This document shows positions 28,203 to 41,601 of a DNA stretch of 64,000 nt, in pieces. The position numbers were made by a program, and so were the translations under genes. The notes under the pieces are model-generated. The model saw only the letters and a list, made by a program, of their open reading frames with translations, ran no database searches and was not told where the DNA came from. How positions within the stretch are numbered: position 1 is the stretch's first letter; each line of letters starts with the position of its first letter. Source of the stretch: Bigelowiella natans CCMP2755 (taxonomy: Eukaryota > Protista > Cercozoa); NCBI GenBank assembly GCA_000320545.1, contig ADNK01002618.1:62001-126000 (forward strand), written 5' to 3'.

Positions 28203-28810
28203 GAAGATAGCTGAGCTATATCCGAAAAGTGATATTAATTTTCTGCAACTCCCCGTTTCCCTCCCTCCCCCACTTTTCATTCATATCCGTTTAATCTCCT
28301 ACTGAACTAAAAACCTTATATTTTTGTAGTTTTTCCTCTTTAGCTTCTTCTACCGCCTCTGCAACCTGTGATAGTTGCTATAAGAGAGGTACAGGCAGCA
28401 GCAGCTAAATTGAGAAACGGTTACCTCCTGCTTTATTTGGGTCTTCCTCTGTTGCGCTAATTTTGCGAGAATTTCGTCATCGTCGTCGAGACCGGAGAGC
28501 TCAGAGGAATCACTTGCATCATCCTGTAAATCGCGCGAAGCAACAAGCTCCATCATTTTCCCGAATTATTTCCCCCTTCGTTATCCCAACCCTTAACATT
28601 TTGTCAGCCTCGCTTTCCCTTTCCCTCCAGTTGGCATACCTTGCCAGAATTGAGATCGATTCGCCTCTTAAATTTGTGCATGAATTCCCCATTAAACAAG
28701 GCATCCGACTCGGCGTTCTTCTTTCGGACAGCTGCAAATTTACGCTCCTGGGCCTCGCAATCGCACATGATGAAGTGCTTATTTTGATTTATAGCAGGAT
28801 AGACAACCTG
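26863..28810 (-). CDS. Phosducin-like / thioredoxin-fold protein with His/Cys-rich C-terminal tail (5' end uncertain)
   Basis: LDDDDEILAKLAQQRKTQIKQE helix typical of phosducin-like proteins, then RLVV-, LFHDDSTLSQAVQELLRKKSPK and LREFPSILCIK. Last exon PHCGRVKCRIGDSHSHEDH. Confidence 0.6.
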
Positions 28811-29432
28811 AACCGATGCTATCATCGCAGACAGAGAAAACTTAAACAAGTAAAAATATGTGGAAATGTTTGCTGAAAAGGGTTTGGAGGGGGGGGGGTG
28901 GGGATGAGGATTACGAGAGAATTATTTTTGGATATTAGATTGTGAAATAGTTCATGTAATTCGGAAGGATGGAATTGAATGAATAGCCTATGCTCTGCCC
29001 ATGGTCGAAGGCCCACCTGCGTTTCAATGGAGCTCTGTCTTCGCTTGTGCTTCCAATTTAGAAGATTCTCATTAGATAAAATATAAAGCCAAAAATATCG
29101 TAGTCAATATTTCAATGATCAATTAGTCTATTGATTCAAAAAGATTTACTTGAGTATTTCCTGATTTCCATGCATTCATTCCTTTTCCGTTTAGAATTTC
29201 TTATTTTTCCTGGTCCAAAGACACAAGATGAGTACGATGCGACGAAGTCTTTCTTGACATCTGTTGCAGGATGTTCTTATGACGAAATATTTCCGAAATG
29301 GGGATATCACCCACATGATTGCGCAGTTTTCTTCTAAATTGTTTTCTTTAATTAAAAATAATATATTAGTAATATTACCAAATATTTCGTCCCAATTTGC
29401 GAAGAATAGACGAAATGCGATAGTCCCAGCCA

Positions 29433-30623
29433 ATGGCATCGTCACCAACCCCCACGTCGACGGGCACAGCCGACGAGCACAGCAGCAGTGGGGATAAGAC
29501 GAACAATACCAATAACTCTGAAAAGCAACCAATTATCAAGATCTCAGGAATTCCAAACACGTGGCGCGCAACAGATCTTAGAAAGTCGCTCGTTTTCCAA
29601 AAAAAATCCTTCCGATTCCTATCTTGTCTTCCATTCGTCTACTGATAGAATGATTCATTAACTCCTTATCGTCTCATACTTTGCAAGGTTTTTCTCTAAG
29701 TTCATCGAGGAGGAAAAGTTTGGTTTGTTTCATTTCAAAGGCCGCAGGGAGAAGGTCTCCCGAGGAACCGCGAGGACGGTTCAATGCTGCCTTGTGAAGC
29801 TGCGAAAAAGGGGCGATGCGCTTTCATTCTACAGAAGCTATAACACTAGACGCTGGGATATACGGCAACCATCTCTCGGGTGAAACTTACGTTTCAAAAG
29901 AGATACAACATACTGCCTTCGAAGCAATTATTCCTCAAACCACTGAGGACTCACGGACTCTTTCTTAACAAACAGGTGTTGTCTAATCTCATCGGCGGAT
30001 GGGTGGTATCCCAAAGAACTCCGCCAGGCAGAAGTTATCCCGAATGGACACACGCCACCGAGTCGGGTTTACAAGACAATAAAGCAGCGCAATGAGTTGA
30101 AGCTCGCTCTGAAGGCAGGAGAATTTGACCCACCGTCACAATGGCCAAACGGTCTCGTCGGGACATCTGCACGCCTTCTCCAAGAACTCGCCCAAAAACA
30201 TGCTAACACCGAGGAAGAGGCAAAGAACAGGATGGTGGTCGCAGGTGCGGCTGACTCAACTGCTGAAGAAAAAGATCATGAAATCGTCAAAGACTTAGGG
30301 CTCGAAAAGGCTAAGAGATTGATGAAAAATCATGGATGGGAAGAGGGACAGGGACTCGGAAAGTAAACATAATAATCTTTGACCTTAGACGATATGGCAA
30401 AGCTAATGGTATGACTCTTTTAATTTTTAATATTTATAGAAGCAACCAGGGTATATCTACCCCCATAACCGCACATCAAAGCAATGGAAGAAGAGTAGGC
30501 ATCGGATATGAAATGAGTCAGGAGGAAGAAGCATTAGAACGAAGGAAACAAAACCGTGCGAATCGCATCCGAAAAAGGCTCGCCAAGAGAAAAAGAAAAG
30601 GAGAAGAACTTTTTCGATCATAG
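29433..30623 (+). CDS. GPATCH3: G-patch domain protein, GPATCH3-like, 4 exons
   Basis: ISGIPNTWRATDLRK-FFSKFIEEEKFGLFHFKGR, CCLVKL and EFDPPSQWPNGLVGT resemble the GPATCH3 N-terminal motifs. G-patch AKRLMKNHGWEEGQGLGK-SNQGISTPI...VGIGY. Confidence 0.8.
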
Positions 30624-31230
30624 GTAGTCCTAGATTGAATAATCCTGATGAGATATGCGAGCTTCGCTGTTGCCGAGGTTCGCGGTAGTAATAGGCATTT
30701 ATATCACAGATTCTTCGTACTATGATTAAGTTAGATATGTGTCGAAGAATTGTAGCAGTTGCATCGCTCTTTATTAATAATCCGGGCTATTTGTAGCGAT
30801 GTATGAGCATGTACTATCTAGATTATTATGTCGCAGGGCTTCTATGCAGGTACAATTTATGCCACAATAATCACATCCGTGATTAGAAGAAGTATGTGCT
30901 TGCACAATACTATGATGTGCGCGCGCTGCACCGTATAATCAAGACTCATATTATAGCATAACGGATTTGCGTTTAGCTAGCTAATCATACAATGTAGCGC
31001 ATACCACGGCGGGCGCTACTCACGCATGTACAATATGCGCCGCTTGTCTGCATGCTTCCTCCTTGTAGACTATGAATACGTACGTACTTGCTGGTGCGTC
31101 TTCTACACACAAAACCCAGAGTCATTTAATATTTTAACGTCTCTTAACCTCTATAATAACGTAGCATAGCTGCACTAATGATGACGTAGAATATCGCTTT
31201 ATTTATTTGTTTTCATTGCCAACCAACTCT

Positions 31231-32519
31231 TCATTTTCTTTCATAATTCGTCATCATCGTAGCCATAGCCATTTTGTGCGATTTACACCGACTGATTTGA
31301 TGTCGCCGCAGACTGGACTTCAAGGTAAATGAAGTACCTGGACACATTCGTCGTCAGAAAATAGCACGAAGAAAATCATCGATTCAAGACATTAGCAACG
31401 CAAGGAGTACTATCTGGTGTTCTCACCGCATGAACTGCAAATAAATTGCGGGTTGCCTTTGTGCAAATGTTTGGTCTTTTCGTGCATGTGTAGATTGGGA
31501 CGGAATCTGAACATCTTCCCACATTCTGAACCATATTATAAAAAGGTTGAAGGGGGGGGGGGGCTGGAAATCGAAGGGGGAAACAGCCTCAATATTGCGA
31601 TCAAGGGTCGTAGTAGCCTTTTAGCACGCATCATAAATAGAACAAAGGTAGTATTTGTACGTCGTTGCAATACCAATGCACATGTGGCGTCTAGACTCCG
31701 AATGAAAATCCTTTTCGTGGATTTGCCTCACGGAAGGTTGTGAGAAGGTTGCATTACACAAACCACATTGCAACATATCCTGCCAAACCAAACGAAAAAT
31801 AGAACATTACAACAATAACGCTTTGGTGCCATTGTCTACATTATCTACAACGAATACGATCCTACCAGCGTCCATCTATTTTGTTCTTTCCTTACAGGGG
31901 CCACTCTGTGTTGGAGCTCCAAATGTCTCAGTAATGGTCCTTTTGAACAGAAAAACTTCTCGCAATCCGAACACTTAAACCTTCTCAAGCTAGACAGCCT
32001 TCCCGTACTAGGTAGAGTATAGCAAAAAAACATTCTGTCAGGAGAAAATCACAAATTCTCATAATATATGCCTGATACCCGGAGAAAGTGAAATTGTTGT
32101 GCGCATGAAGACGGTGCGTGTGGTAAGACCATTCCTAGAGAATATGAAGGAATGGAAGAGGGTATACTCTTATGAACAGATAGGGCGTAGAAGGGAGGAT
32201 CAGAAACAACTCGAAGATGTCGTAAAGGAGAAATGAATCTGATAAATCCTTTCTATTTCACAACCTGTTGGAAGATGAGACCGCATTCATGACACGTCCT
32301 TTGCTCATTATCGTGCGCGGAGAAGTGACGTTTTAGTAGATAGCGGGAATTGGCCGTACTGTTACATATGGAGCAGACGTGCAAAACCTGAGGGCCATTG
32401 CGTCGCTTCGTGGTGTTGCTCAGTGTTTTGGTTTTGGTGGATCTTGGAAGCGTTGCAACTACGAGAAAGGCTGGTGCCATTAGCGTTAACTTTCGGTGAG
32501 ACCCACTTTGAATGCCCAT
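31231..32519 (-). CDS. C2H2 zinc-finger protein (about 6 fingers), 6 exons; start uncertain
   Basis: CSICNSTANSRYLLKRHFSAH, CHECGLIFQQ-EWSYHTHRLHAH, CSDCEKFFCSKGPLLRHLELQH, CGLCNATFSQPSVRQIHEKDFH, CI-ECGKMFRFRPNLHMHEKTKH and CSSC-GTSFTLKSSLRRHQ. Confidence 0.88.
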
Positions 32520-33205
32520 CCTGTATAAACCTCGCCCCAGGGGGGTTCTTGGAGAGGTAGGGTCGTCTCCGTTCTCAAGAGCGCATTCGAATCAGTGTTG
32601 CAGGCGGGGTCTGACATGACGACAGAGTCCATATTTTACGCCGATAATATCTAAATAAGAATAGTATAACGGAATATCCGCTGCTGCATCGTTGAACATA
32701 TTTCGAGGATCATCAAACTTTGCGACAAAAGTATAAGTAATTGATAGGATATTTTACCGATTCACGGAAGTGGTTTTTTATCTTGGGTTGGCTGGTTTTT
32801 TTGTATTTGTGTTCGCTTTGATAAATGAGACAGATAATCTGAGCATTTTTCTGCTATGAGTGCTCGTAGAACAACACAAAGTGGTATTCCCCAGCTTCAC
32901 AACCACGCGCTAAACGTCCTCGCCGACAACGATTATGGTTGTCGCACGGGAAAATAATGAGGCTTTTGGCACTTCCTAGTGCCCTTTTCGCTTCTGCGAC
33001 TCGAGCTATTCACAATGTTATTTTTAGTGCTCTTGGAGCATAAGAGGTTGGTTTTGCGAATCGGGTGGGAGGGGGGGGCGAGAGACATAACTCACAGGTC
33101 TCCTATCTGCATTACCTCTCCTGCTCCAATTTTCCTTCGTTTCATTTTTCAGGCTTTTTGTTTAAAGTTCTCCTGTTTTTGTTGCAGACCTACTTGAGGT
33201 GGAAA

Positions 33206-33353
33206 ACCACGTTCCGAATGCCAGGTCTTGAAGACGACAACAAGGAGCTTCTTCTAGGAGTGCAAGAAGGTAACTTCACCGGAGAGAATTCGTATCGATA
33301 GGCTTTCCAAAACGAAATATGAAGAATTCGGAAAGGAAAAACAAGCACGCACG

Positions 33354-33399
<46 letters not shown>

Positions 33400-33517
33400 A
33401 CGTTCCGAATGCCAGGCCTTGAAGACGACCACAAGGAGCTTCTTCTGGGAATACAAGAGGGTAACTTCACCGAAGAATGTTAATATAGATAGGCTTTGAC
33501 AAACGTAAATTGAAGAA
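33206..33517 (+). repeat. Tandem duplication (about 120 bp units, 191 bp offset) covering the first coding exon of the P-type ATPase
   Basis: Both copies carry CCACGTTCCGAATG...G/GTAACTTCACCG and are separated by (CA)n. Confidence 0.9.
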
Positions 33518-34225
33518 CGAGCGATATGATATTTCTACTCGGCTTGAAAAAGAAGCATGTTTTTTGACGATTGGCCATAAACCAGAAGATACCGAGAGCC
33601 CAGTGGAAACTGTGCGAAGCTATTCACAAACTCGTTTAGGCATGCTAGGCCGTACTTTCAGTACCCATAATTTGTTTGGTGCTCTTGATGAGTGGTCGAG
33701 GGGAGTGAGGATACCTGAAACCCCTAGCGAGCATTTGGAGAACTCCACGCGGATAAAGGCGGAAATACTGCGGGCTGAAACGAAGAAGCTGAATTTCGTT
33801 GATGACCGTATGTTTCCGTATATTCATGAATAATACACACTCAAATTATTGACAAATTGTATACTTACTTCGTGCAAAAAAGGTGCGCATATCGACCTAC
33901 ACCTTCTTGCCGGAGAACTGAAAGTGGACCTTGGAAAAGGACTCTCCTCAGAACAAGCAAGAAACCTGCTGAGAGAATACGGGAGGAACGAATTAGAATC
34001 GGTGGCATCCATGTATAGATTATTATCGATTATACGTTAAACAATGACTTGGCAATCTTTGGCCTATCTCTGTCTCTCTATCACCTCAGAGACAATATCT
34101 CTGCTGCCCTTGCTGATAAGATACATTAATAATGCAGGATCCTCCTACTCCGATCTGGAAACTGTTTCTCGACCAGTACGATTGACTGCCTGCCAACTTG
34201 TTCATTTGGCCTTTGTTATGGGATA

Positions 34226-34280
<55 letters not shown>

Positions 34281-34457
34281 ACACAATTTCTTACAAACTG
34301 TATGATCCTTATTCTACTCCTCAGATTCAACGATATTCTAGTTCTCCTCTTGATCGCTGCATGCATCATCTCGATGGCACTTGTAATCATATGTACCACC
34401 CGTTTGAATGTTGTTAGTTTCTATGAAATTCAGATCTCCTCAGAGAAGTACGTGATT

Positions 34458-34499
<42 letters not shown>

Positions 34500-37400
34500 T
34501 TCATTTCGCAACATGCCCGTCATATTTCACTTTTCTCCAGTTTGATATTCTCCCCTATTACCATAACCCTCCTTACCCGGTAAGAGTCGTGCGTTTGACT
34601 GCAAATGTCAGGGCCAATATGCCGCGGGAACGACCATCGTTATCATAGTAATGTTCAATGCTATCCTTGGTGCTATTCAGGTGGCAAACAATATGGTCCG
34701 ACGATTTAAGTGAATCATACTCTTGCATAACTCACAGGAGCACGGGGCTGGTGCTGCGCTTGACGCTCTTAAGGCGCTCCAAGTCACCAACGCCAAGGTC
34801 ATCCGCGATGGAGTCGAGCAGACTATCGAAGGGACGGACGTCGTTCCTGGGGATCTCACCCTGCTACAAACAGGAGATAGTGCTGTTGGTGATATTCGGC
34901 TCATCGAGGTGCAAGATCTGGAGGCAAACGAGGCGTCTCTTACCGGTGAATCAGAGCCTGTGAGGAAGATAGTTTATCAGAACTACGCCGACCTCAAAGA
35001 CACTGAGATCACGCACAGCAGCAGCGCTGATGCCAATAGCAAGAGTGGCAATGACGAGGAGAAACTTACTCTCACGAACGTAGTCTACATGGGCACAGAG
35101 ATAACGAATGGCAGGGGAAGAGGCATCGTCATCCACACAGGGATGGGAACTAAGATCGGCCATTTAGCTGAGAAACTAAAATCGGTCGACTCCGGCCAGT
35201 CCCCGCTCAAAGCGAAGCTGGCTCTTCTAGGAATGAGCTTGGGCATGGCCTCCGTGTTTATCAGCGCGGTGATATTCGTCATCGGAGTCTCCACAGGGCG
35301 TGGTGCAGATAAAACATCTAGCGACCCTATTTGGCTACAAATGCTCCTGGTTGCCGTGTCGTTGACAGTGGCCGCTGTGCCTGAGGGCCTTCCTGTGTGC
35401 GTGACAATGAGCTTGGCCATTGGTATGCGTCACATGACGGAGAAGAAGGCGTTGGTGCGGAAGCTTGCCAGTGTAGAGACGCTAGGATCCACCTCGATAA
35501 TCTGCACGGACAAAACAGGCACTCTTACATGGTATTAGTAGTGGAACGGTGGCTGTTGATTAGACTGAATTCCTCACAATATACACACAAGCATCACTGC
35601 TCCTATGTTCTCGATAATTCCAATTTATATGCTTTCCATCATCATCCTCTTCGTCCGCATTTTCTTATCTTCCTCACCATGGTATTCATCACGTTATTCA
35701 ACAGCGGAAAGATGACCACAGTGCAGCTCTGGCATTTCGGCCAAGCCTATAGGGTAACAGGTCAAGGCTACTCACCCGACGGCATTATCTATCCGATTGG
35801 AGAAGACAGTTGGGATGGGGAAGAGGAGAAAAATGCCATCGCTTTTGAGCAGGTGAAACAAGAGAGAAAGCTGCACCCTATCCTCACCGCATTTGTCCTC
35901 TGCAGCGATGCGACTGTGGAGCTTGAGGAGGTGGATACTGAGACTGACAGGGGAGAGGAGGACACGCGCCGAGAGTGGGTGGGAGCGGGTAATATGACTG
36001 AGAGGGCACTGGTAGTTGCAGCACGGAAGCTAGGCATCGAGCGCAAGGCTCTCTTAACCAGTTACAAAGAAAGCTTACAGAACCCATTCAGCTCAAAGAG
36101 GAAAATGATGTCTGTCGTCGTAGAGAGGTTAGATGAGGCCAAAGAGCCAATCAGCAATCCTGACTCAACATCAGCAGTTCCAGGGGTGACAGGAGGAGCA
36201 TTCTCGATGATCAGCGCCGATAGCAAATTTATTGCCATCACTAAAGGAGCACCCAATCGGGTAATTGAGCGATGCTCCCACGCGCTTGTCGATGGTGATG
36301 TTGTTGTGATGACTGATGAGGCAAAAAAACAGGCGATTGGGCAAGTAAATCGCCTCTCCTCCCAAGCCCTTCGCGTCTTAGCGGTAGGAATCCGTGGATA
36401 TGAACAGCTGCTTGAGGACATGAGCTTTGAGGTGGTGGAGAGAGACCTAATCTTCCTTGGTCTGAATGCGTCCATGGATCCAGAAAGACCAGAGGTTATT
36501 CCAGCCATTGCCCGAGCCTCACATGCCGGTGTTGACACGGTGATGATCACGGGCGACTACCTTGCGACAGCAAAGGCTATTGCTGAGAACATCGGGCTGC
36601 TGGTCAAAGGCGCTGATAACTCCAAGAGAGTTATAGACTGCAAGGAACTAAGGAGTCTAGGTGCTAACATCACGAAGGTCTCCGAAATGGTGGAAGGAAA
36701 GTTAAAGAATACAAGAGAAGAGAGAGTAACAACCATCTCCACTTTCGAAAAAAAGAGGCTGCAGGACCAGCTACAGAAACTATACGCTCACGTTGATGAA
36801 ATCACCGCAAGGACGAAAGTGTATGCCCGTGCAGAGCCGTTCGATAAGATCACCATTGTTGAAAGCTACAAGCGGCAAGGACATGTTGTGTGCATGACCG
36901 GCGACGGTGTGAACGACGCAGCAGCTTTGCAGGGAGCGAACATAGGAGTAGCTATGGGCTCCGGGACTGAAGTTGCCAAGGGGGCAGCTGATATGGTTCT
37001 GCTTGACGATTCCTTTGCCACCATCGTTGCTGCAATCGAGGAGGGCCGCAAGATTTACTCAAATATCACTAAGTTTGTCTTCTTCCTCCTCTCCACGAAC
37101 GTTGCGGAGGTCCTCGTCATCTTGATAGCAATGTTGGCGGGCATGCAGTCGCCACTTTCACCAATTCAGATTCTGTGGTTAAATCTCTGCACAGACGGCG
37201 CCCCGGCCGTTGCATTGGCGCTGGAGCACGCTGAGCCAGGGATCATGGATGAGGGGCCACGCCCACTATCAGAGCCCGTGCTTGACAAAGTGCAGCTTAC
37301 TGGTATTGCGATCCAAACCATAGTTCAAACCTCTCTCTGTCTGTACATCTACGTGCAAGGCTTATTATGGCACACGGGAGTGTGGAACGGACAAAATCCC

Positions 37401-37799
37401 GACAACACTGACAAGGAGAACACCGACGGAATTCGTAAAGCGCAGACGATGGTAATTTATCTTATTGTTTTCCTCGAGCTGCTTCGAGCTTATACCTCCA
37501 GGGCTCTGCGCACCTCGTTGTTCAGCATGGGTGTGTTCTCCAACAAGAATGTGCAGTACGCGGTGTTGTTCTCGATCATCTTCACACTCCTCGTTGGCAA
37601 TGTCCCCGGGCTTAAGGAAGCGTTTGACATGCGGTCTCTGGAGGTGAGGGAATGGGGACTTGTACTTGGCCTCACACCCATCTGTGCCATCGTTGACGAG
37701 CTCACGAAGTGTGTTTATCGCACATCTGGGTTTGGACAGAGACCAAAGGCAGTTAACATGAATGTCGGATATGTACCTATGCTGAGAGAAACCGCCTAA
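33218..37799 (+). CDS. P-type II (P2A, SERCA/PacL-like) Ca2+-transporting ATPase
   Basis: TGES, VAAVPEGLP, ICTDKTGTLT (followed by intron 35532-35704), KGAP, DPER, MITGD and MTGDGVND. M5 STNVAE, M6 WLNLCTDG and M8 VFLELL retain the residues equivalent to both SERCA Ca sites. Confidence 0.93.
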
Positions 37800-38970
37800 A
37801 GGGTAAAAGGGGGGAGCACGTAGCAGAAAAAGAAAATAATCTCATGTCAGTCTCCCTGAGTGTCGCAACAGATGATGGCAAGAAGGAAGCGTCTCTGGGC
37901 CAGATGAGATGGACAAGAAGGAGTTGGTACAATGAGGGCACCATGCATGCTGCAGTCATCACACCACGCGTTGATCGATGTCAAATCATGCAGCAAGTAC
38001 ACAACAGTGAAGTGCCACATGATGTTGTGTGAGCATGCTTTTGCGCACTCATACACACATTGTTTTGCACATCGTGATGCAATTCAGCATAATAGACACA
38101 GCATTAGGATATGTACATACATGTACAAATGTTTGCATGTCTATCATGTGTACATGTACATGTGTACATCATATATGCATATATGATGCATGTCATATTG
38201 CATGTCTATCATCAGCAACGCAATGCCCACGGCGAGCTGAACGGCTGAGCGCAAAAACGAATTGTGCTGCTGGCCGGAACAAGTGAGCACCTGAACGAAC
38301 ACATTAATTCGTTCTAACGGAACAACGCACAGAAGGTCGAGTCCACCTTCAAGTGTTTGTTTTGTTGAACTCTCGTGCTGCCAACAACTGAACAAGTCCG
38401 CGACGCACGACCAAGTCACTGACGGGTGGGCCACACGCACACGCTGAACGAGTAAACGAGTGAACAAGTGAACGGAGCAATTCCAATTCTCATTGGACGT
38501 GCCAACCTCCACACCTTCCTCAGTCAAGAAGGCCACCATGAAAAATTGAGGGCAGTTTCCTCGGTTCGCCAAACCGTTCTGCGCTCTGAGTGAACGAACG
38601 AAACATAACATGCATGACACATGTGATGCACATTGTGTCTGTGGTGAACTCACAACTACTAGGTGCACATCAGATCACATGCATGCACATGCAGAGAGGA
38701 CATGCATCCATATTGTGTGCATGTCTGTCATCAATGTCCATGGATGATGCAGTAGCAACGTGCCACAACACAAGAGAGCACGACTAGTCGAACTGTGTGA
38801 ATGAATTCTGCATAATGCGTGTGGACTAGCGCATGTACAGCATGGCCTGTGCAATGTGCATTCATGTGCATGGACCACATGTGAAGACATGGTGCTGCTG
38901 TGAAATATTTTGCTGGCACTAAAACTTGAACATGCCTTTTCAACGCTCTTTCTTCGCCCTTCTAGAACAT

Positions 38971-40668
38971 TTATATTGATCCAGAACGAATAGTTCCTGT
39001 ATCAGGATCATAATACAAGCAACGCTTCTCAATCTTTTCATGGTCGCAAAACTTTATCTCCATTCTCAGTATGCCTTTCACTGCATCATCATAGCATCTG
39101 AATTCTGCCCATAATGAGCCATCCTTTCGTATTTGCGCTTTTGCAACGTTATTTGACGAACGCACTCTGATCCTATACGAAGAACAGGAGGCTTCGTTCT
39201 TGGTTCCTCCGCAAATGTTCATTTTCCATTGAGACGATTGCCATGAGGAAGTAGATGTTTGGAGGGCACGGGACCTGTTTAACGGTTTGCTTGGAACTCT
39301 CAGGACTAAACGGCTTCTTCGACTTCGGAGCTGTCCATTTTCACTGAAGCTCCATTGATTACCAGGGTCATTATCCTGCAACCACTGTGCCACCTCACTA
39401 CCTTCTTTTTGCTCAGATTGTCTAACGTGGAGGAATCGGTTTGATCGTACACTACAGAACCAATATGGACGTTCCGATGTCTCTCTGCATTCACGTCTAA
39501 GCATTATCCAACGACTGCCTTCGTTGTCTGCGTCATCCCAAAGCGCTACAGGGTCGCGACAACGTTGGAGTGATTTCTGCACATGGAGGCAAAACTTTGA
39601 CTTTGTTTCTTGCAGAGTGACAATTCGCCCCATCTGCAAGTCCCCATCATCTCGGCAGATCCGAAACCCGAAGACACCGAGATCATAGCTCCCCTGTCTT
39701 TTATCGACCTTATTGGTCTTTTCAATATCTATTCCACCGTCCTCCCTGAGATAGATATGCGGTATGAGTTTCCTAAGATAGGTATGCGGCTGTCCCAGTC
39801 GCCGCAAAGCTAGGTGCCAATGAGCCCCCATGCCGCCGTGGTCATCATGGAGCGGATTGTTTGTTTCAAAGCCCATGAGCTTTACTTTGTGCTGAAAATC
39901 TTCATTCAAGATTAGACCCCATTTATTATTTTTTAGGACTTCGCGTACAGCTAACTGCCATGCTACTGCAGCTTGGGCCTGATTGGCTAATACCTTTGGG
40001 CATGCCTCGACCATTTTTCCGTATCCGCCAATCGTTCGCCAATATGGAGTTGCGGGCACACGGCCGGAGTCATTATGCTCAATCCGCATCGTTAGCATGG
40101 CATCCTTATCGTCAATATTCGTATGCACTTCAATCCCTGACCACGGACCCTTGTGACCATAGTCAGGAGGCGAGCCACGGTTTTGTTCGAGCAAAGGCAC
40201 ACATGCTTCACCCCAACTGGCTAGAGCATCCGAGCTTCCATGCTTAGATAATGGTACGATCTGAACCATTTTGTTTTTTTTCCTTTGCAATCCAACAATC
40301 ACACGGAGGAGAAGGGGGTCGGCGTTGCCCCATTTCAGTCGAATGTTGTTGGTTGGCGAACCATGGGATGCTGTGCTAGGACCAACCAGTGTGAAAACAA
40401 TCTCTCTCCGAGAACGCATTACATAAGATTTCTCTCCCTCTGTGCTCTTCAAAACAGAGTCGTCGAGGACGTCCGTCAAATCTACAACACAACAACAATG
40501 AGCTTTTGGGCCAGGTTTTAATCACAACGACGAATCACCTCCCTTCCGAAGAAAAATTCTCCAAGGGCGAAGAGCCTGAACGACTACACCACTGCATTCC
40601 TTGGCCTCGAGGGGAAGGATGATGCGTGCGATGGCCCACGACGTAGAGCTTCGACTGCGCTGGTCCAT
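38971..40668 (-). CDS. Ricin-B (beta-trefoil lectin) domain protein with uncharacterised flanking domain; one long exon plus a probable short 5' exon
   Basis: ORF 38971-40479 has three ricin-like subrepeats (CLHV...VALW...SRW; FLHV...VAQW...NQWSF; LVLRV...SQWKM). It starts at a TAG acceptor matched by a phase-1 GT donor near 40539. Confidence 0.75.
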
Positions 40669-41601
40669 TTCCCGTTTCTGCTCAAGAGGAGCCTTAACTC
40701 AACTCGCGTGTTGGGGTGATGAATTATTCTGCTGTGACATCTTGCAGAAGACCAGTAAAGACATCTTGATGAAAACGTGCAAATTCGACACAAGCGATGA
40801 AAATGCACTGGGATATTTTGACAGAGTCATGCAGATTTCTGCCAATCTTGCAAGAAATCGCATTTCCAAATGCCGAACACGTCGCAGGTTTGAGATCTCC
40901 TACGAGCTTGAAATTGTGCAACATTGCTCTCCTCTTTCTCATCCCGAAGCGACTGGTGATTGAGGTGGTGGCTGAGAATTTCTTGGAGAATTCTCATCCA
41001 AAGTTCCAAAAAAAGAAGTCCTCGAAAAAGGCGAAATTGAGGTAACGACCGGATAGCACGGGGCATTTCTGGCGAATCGTACCTGTACAAAGCGGTGCTC
41101 GCAAAAATCTTGCATCCTTCCTAATCGGCATCAAGTTAACTGTATGTACCAGGGCTAATTCACTAATTTACGAATTCATGCATGTCGCAGAATGGCATTG
41201 CCCCTCAGTCAAGAGGACCAGAACAGAACGTGTCAAGCGAGCCGAGGAATGCAAAGGTTGATGGGGGTGGTTCAAAGAAACAGCCCCTGTGATTTTCCCG
41301 CATGTTTTCCAACATCAAGGAGATCATGCAGAACAGTCAACGTCAATAACACGTGAGCTCCTTCATGCGTATCGCGAATTCGAAGTTCGCCTGAGAAGTT
41401 GAATTGACCAATCAGAAATGTGGCTGTACTGATTCTGTGAAAGTATTTGTTTTGATTGAGTTCTCCAGTATGTCACGGCATCCACCTATTTTTTAGAGTT
41501 TCCCATTCACCCTTGCACAGTTTTTGTACACGATTAGAATAACAATTAAATGCAAATGTCACGACAATTCTGCATTATCTCAGGATACTGGAGACAACAG
41601 T

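Noticed and set aside
38245-38590. Imperfect inverted repeat GAGCGCA...AACG suggesting transposon ends
   Set aside because: Only about 7 bp match exactly and there is no clear target-site duplication.
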